Shown here: positions 62,435-64,000 of the stretch, piece after piece
Layout of the letters: every line of letters starts with the position of its first letter
Position numbering within the stretch: position 1 is the first letter of the stretch
Origin: Lama guanicoe
Lineage: Eukaryota
NCBI GenBank assembly: GCA_013239625.1
Contig: MU054001.1
Location: 7,150,174 to 7,214,173 of the forward strand
Direction of reading: 5' to 3'
Length of the DNA stretch: 64,000 bases
Program-made: the position numbers and the translations under genes
The notes under the pieces: model-generated
Databases searched by the model: none
What the model saw: the letters and a program-made list of their open reading frames with translations, nothing else
What the model was told of the DNA's origin: nothing

Positions 62435-62692
62435 TTTTTTGACTTGATGGAATATGTATGTATGTACGTATGTATTTATTTACTTACTTAACATTTTTTA
62501 TTGATTTATAATCATTTTACAATGTTGTGTCAAATCCAGTGTAGAGCACAATTTTTCAGTTATACATGAACATATACATATTCATTGTCACATTTTTTTC
62601 TCTGTGAGCTACCATAAGATCTTGTGTATATTTCCCTGTGCTATACAGTATAATCTTTATCTATTCGACTTTTTGAAATCCCAATCTATCCC
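62435..62692 (-). mobile_element. Short 5'-truncated L1 3' end
   Basis: TTTTACAATGTTGTGTCAAAT...TTCCCTGTGCTATACAGTA. Perfect 18-bp TSD TGAAATCTCTTTATTTTA (62417-62434 / 62693-62710). Confidence 0.9.
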
Positions 62693-62721
62693 TGAAATCT
62701 CTTTATTTTAAAATGGTGGCC

Positions 62722-62784
62722 CTTTCCTTCTTTCCTTCCTTCCTTCCTTCCTTCTTTCCTTCCTTCCTTCCTTCCTTCCTTCCA
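62722..62784. repeat. (TTCC)n microsatellite
   Basis: Directly visible. Confidence 0.95.
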
Positions 62785-64000
62785 AAACTGTACAAGCCAA
62801 AGCAGAATTAAAACAAAATAAGCCTGTGGGTTGATTCAACACTTGGGTAACCAGCCTGTGACCTCTGACCTATACAGTTACACGGGAACATTGTGAAACA
62901 GCGCAGGTAGAAGATGAAAAACTGACCTCTGTGCAGTGAAGAGATGTTTGCTGAGTGTTTACACGCCTGTCACTTTACCAGGCCCTGGGATCCAGGAGTG
63001 AATGAGAAACAGTGCCAAGGCCTCTCATCTAGTGGAAGAGATTTCAATTTGGCTTAAGCAAAAAAGGGAATTTATTGAAAGGAACCTGTGAAGCCGGGGC
63101 TCTCCCATGGGCAGCCAGGCCTCATGAGAACCTGGAGTCAGGGTCTGGAAAACCAGGACACTCTCTCTTGAACCATCATAATTGTCTAGCTCCTCACTCT
63201 CTCTCTCTCTGTGTCCTGGACAGACTGGTTTTCTCTGTTAGGCAGGCACGTGGACAAACACGGCCTCTCTGTAACTCCTGATATACCTCTTTCCAAGCCA
63301 CAGACCAGGTTGACCAGAGCTCAGCCCCTGCTCCAAATGCCCAGGAGAGAGCATCGGGTGGTGCTGTCTCCTGGGCCAGCCACATTCAAGCATGACTTCT
63401 AGGAACCAATCCCTGTGGGTGGACGGGGAGAATTTTCATAGAAAGGGGATGCCGTGATCTGAAAGGGGCCTCCTACAGAAGGACAGATATTTTGTTCATT
63501 TAACAAAGCATTCTAAGAGCCCATGAGTTCCCCGGTGTTGATCTAGCCTCTGCTGGAGAGGGTGGTCAAGCACAAGGACACATCCTGCCCTTCCTTCAGG
63601 GAGCTTGCTCTGTAGAGCAGAGAGACAGGAATAGAAAGAACAAAGCAGCTTGACATAGTGGTGAGTGCCATGAAGGAAGCACAGCCGCTGCTGTACAGAG
63701 TGATTGAGGGACACCCTGGAGACCTGCAGCTGAGGAAGGAGGCGGGTCAGACTGGCTCTCTGAGGAGCTGGCATTTAATCTGAGATCTGACAGGAGAGAA
63801 GGAGCTGGAGTAACATGGTCAGATTTATGTCTTAGACAGATGACTTTGGCAGAAGGAAAGAAAGGAATTTTCTCTCCACAATCTCAGGAAACAAAGCTCA
63901 CTAAATCAACTTGCCGACAAGGAAAGGAATTTTACAGGGTTGTATACCAAGGTGACCTTGTCATCTTCAATCAGCCCCGACTTATTTGCATCTTTGAGCA

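Noticed and set aside
1..64000. Minus-strand bias of retro-insertions as evidence of lying in an intron of a plus-strand gene
   Set aside because: All SINEs, U6, NDFIP2 and many L1s are minus, but several L1s, LTRs and the cTAGE copy are plus, and no exons were identified. The evidence is insufficient.

Overview
Mammalian, repeat-dense genomic DNA, most likely camelid. The inference rests on four tRNA-Ala-derived vic-1-type SINEs and no recognisable Alu, Bov-tA/BovB or PRE-1. No multi-exon host gene could be supported. The window is mostly old and young L1 fragments, ERV1/ERVL/MaLR solo LTRs (several with intact target-site duplications, TSDs), hAT MITEs, MIR/L2 relics and microsatellites. 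Three gene-derived retrocopies stand out. (1) An intronless, highly diverged but uninterrupted 209-aa ORF derived from cTAGE5/MIA2 (41445-42074, +). It has a strong Kozak start, an in-frame internal deletion and its own 3'UTR/polyA signal, and is the best candidate for a functional, little-described retrogene. (2) A decayed NDFIP2 processed pseudogene (13859-15158, -) that splits a MER5A and is itself split by an LTR. (3) A full-length U6 snRNA retropseudogene (22187-22292, -). A few unique-looking, motif-dense stretches may be enhancers. Repeat family names and protein homologies are from recall, not database searches. Boundaries without TSDs are approximate.
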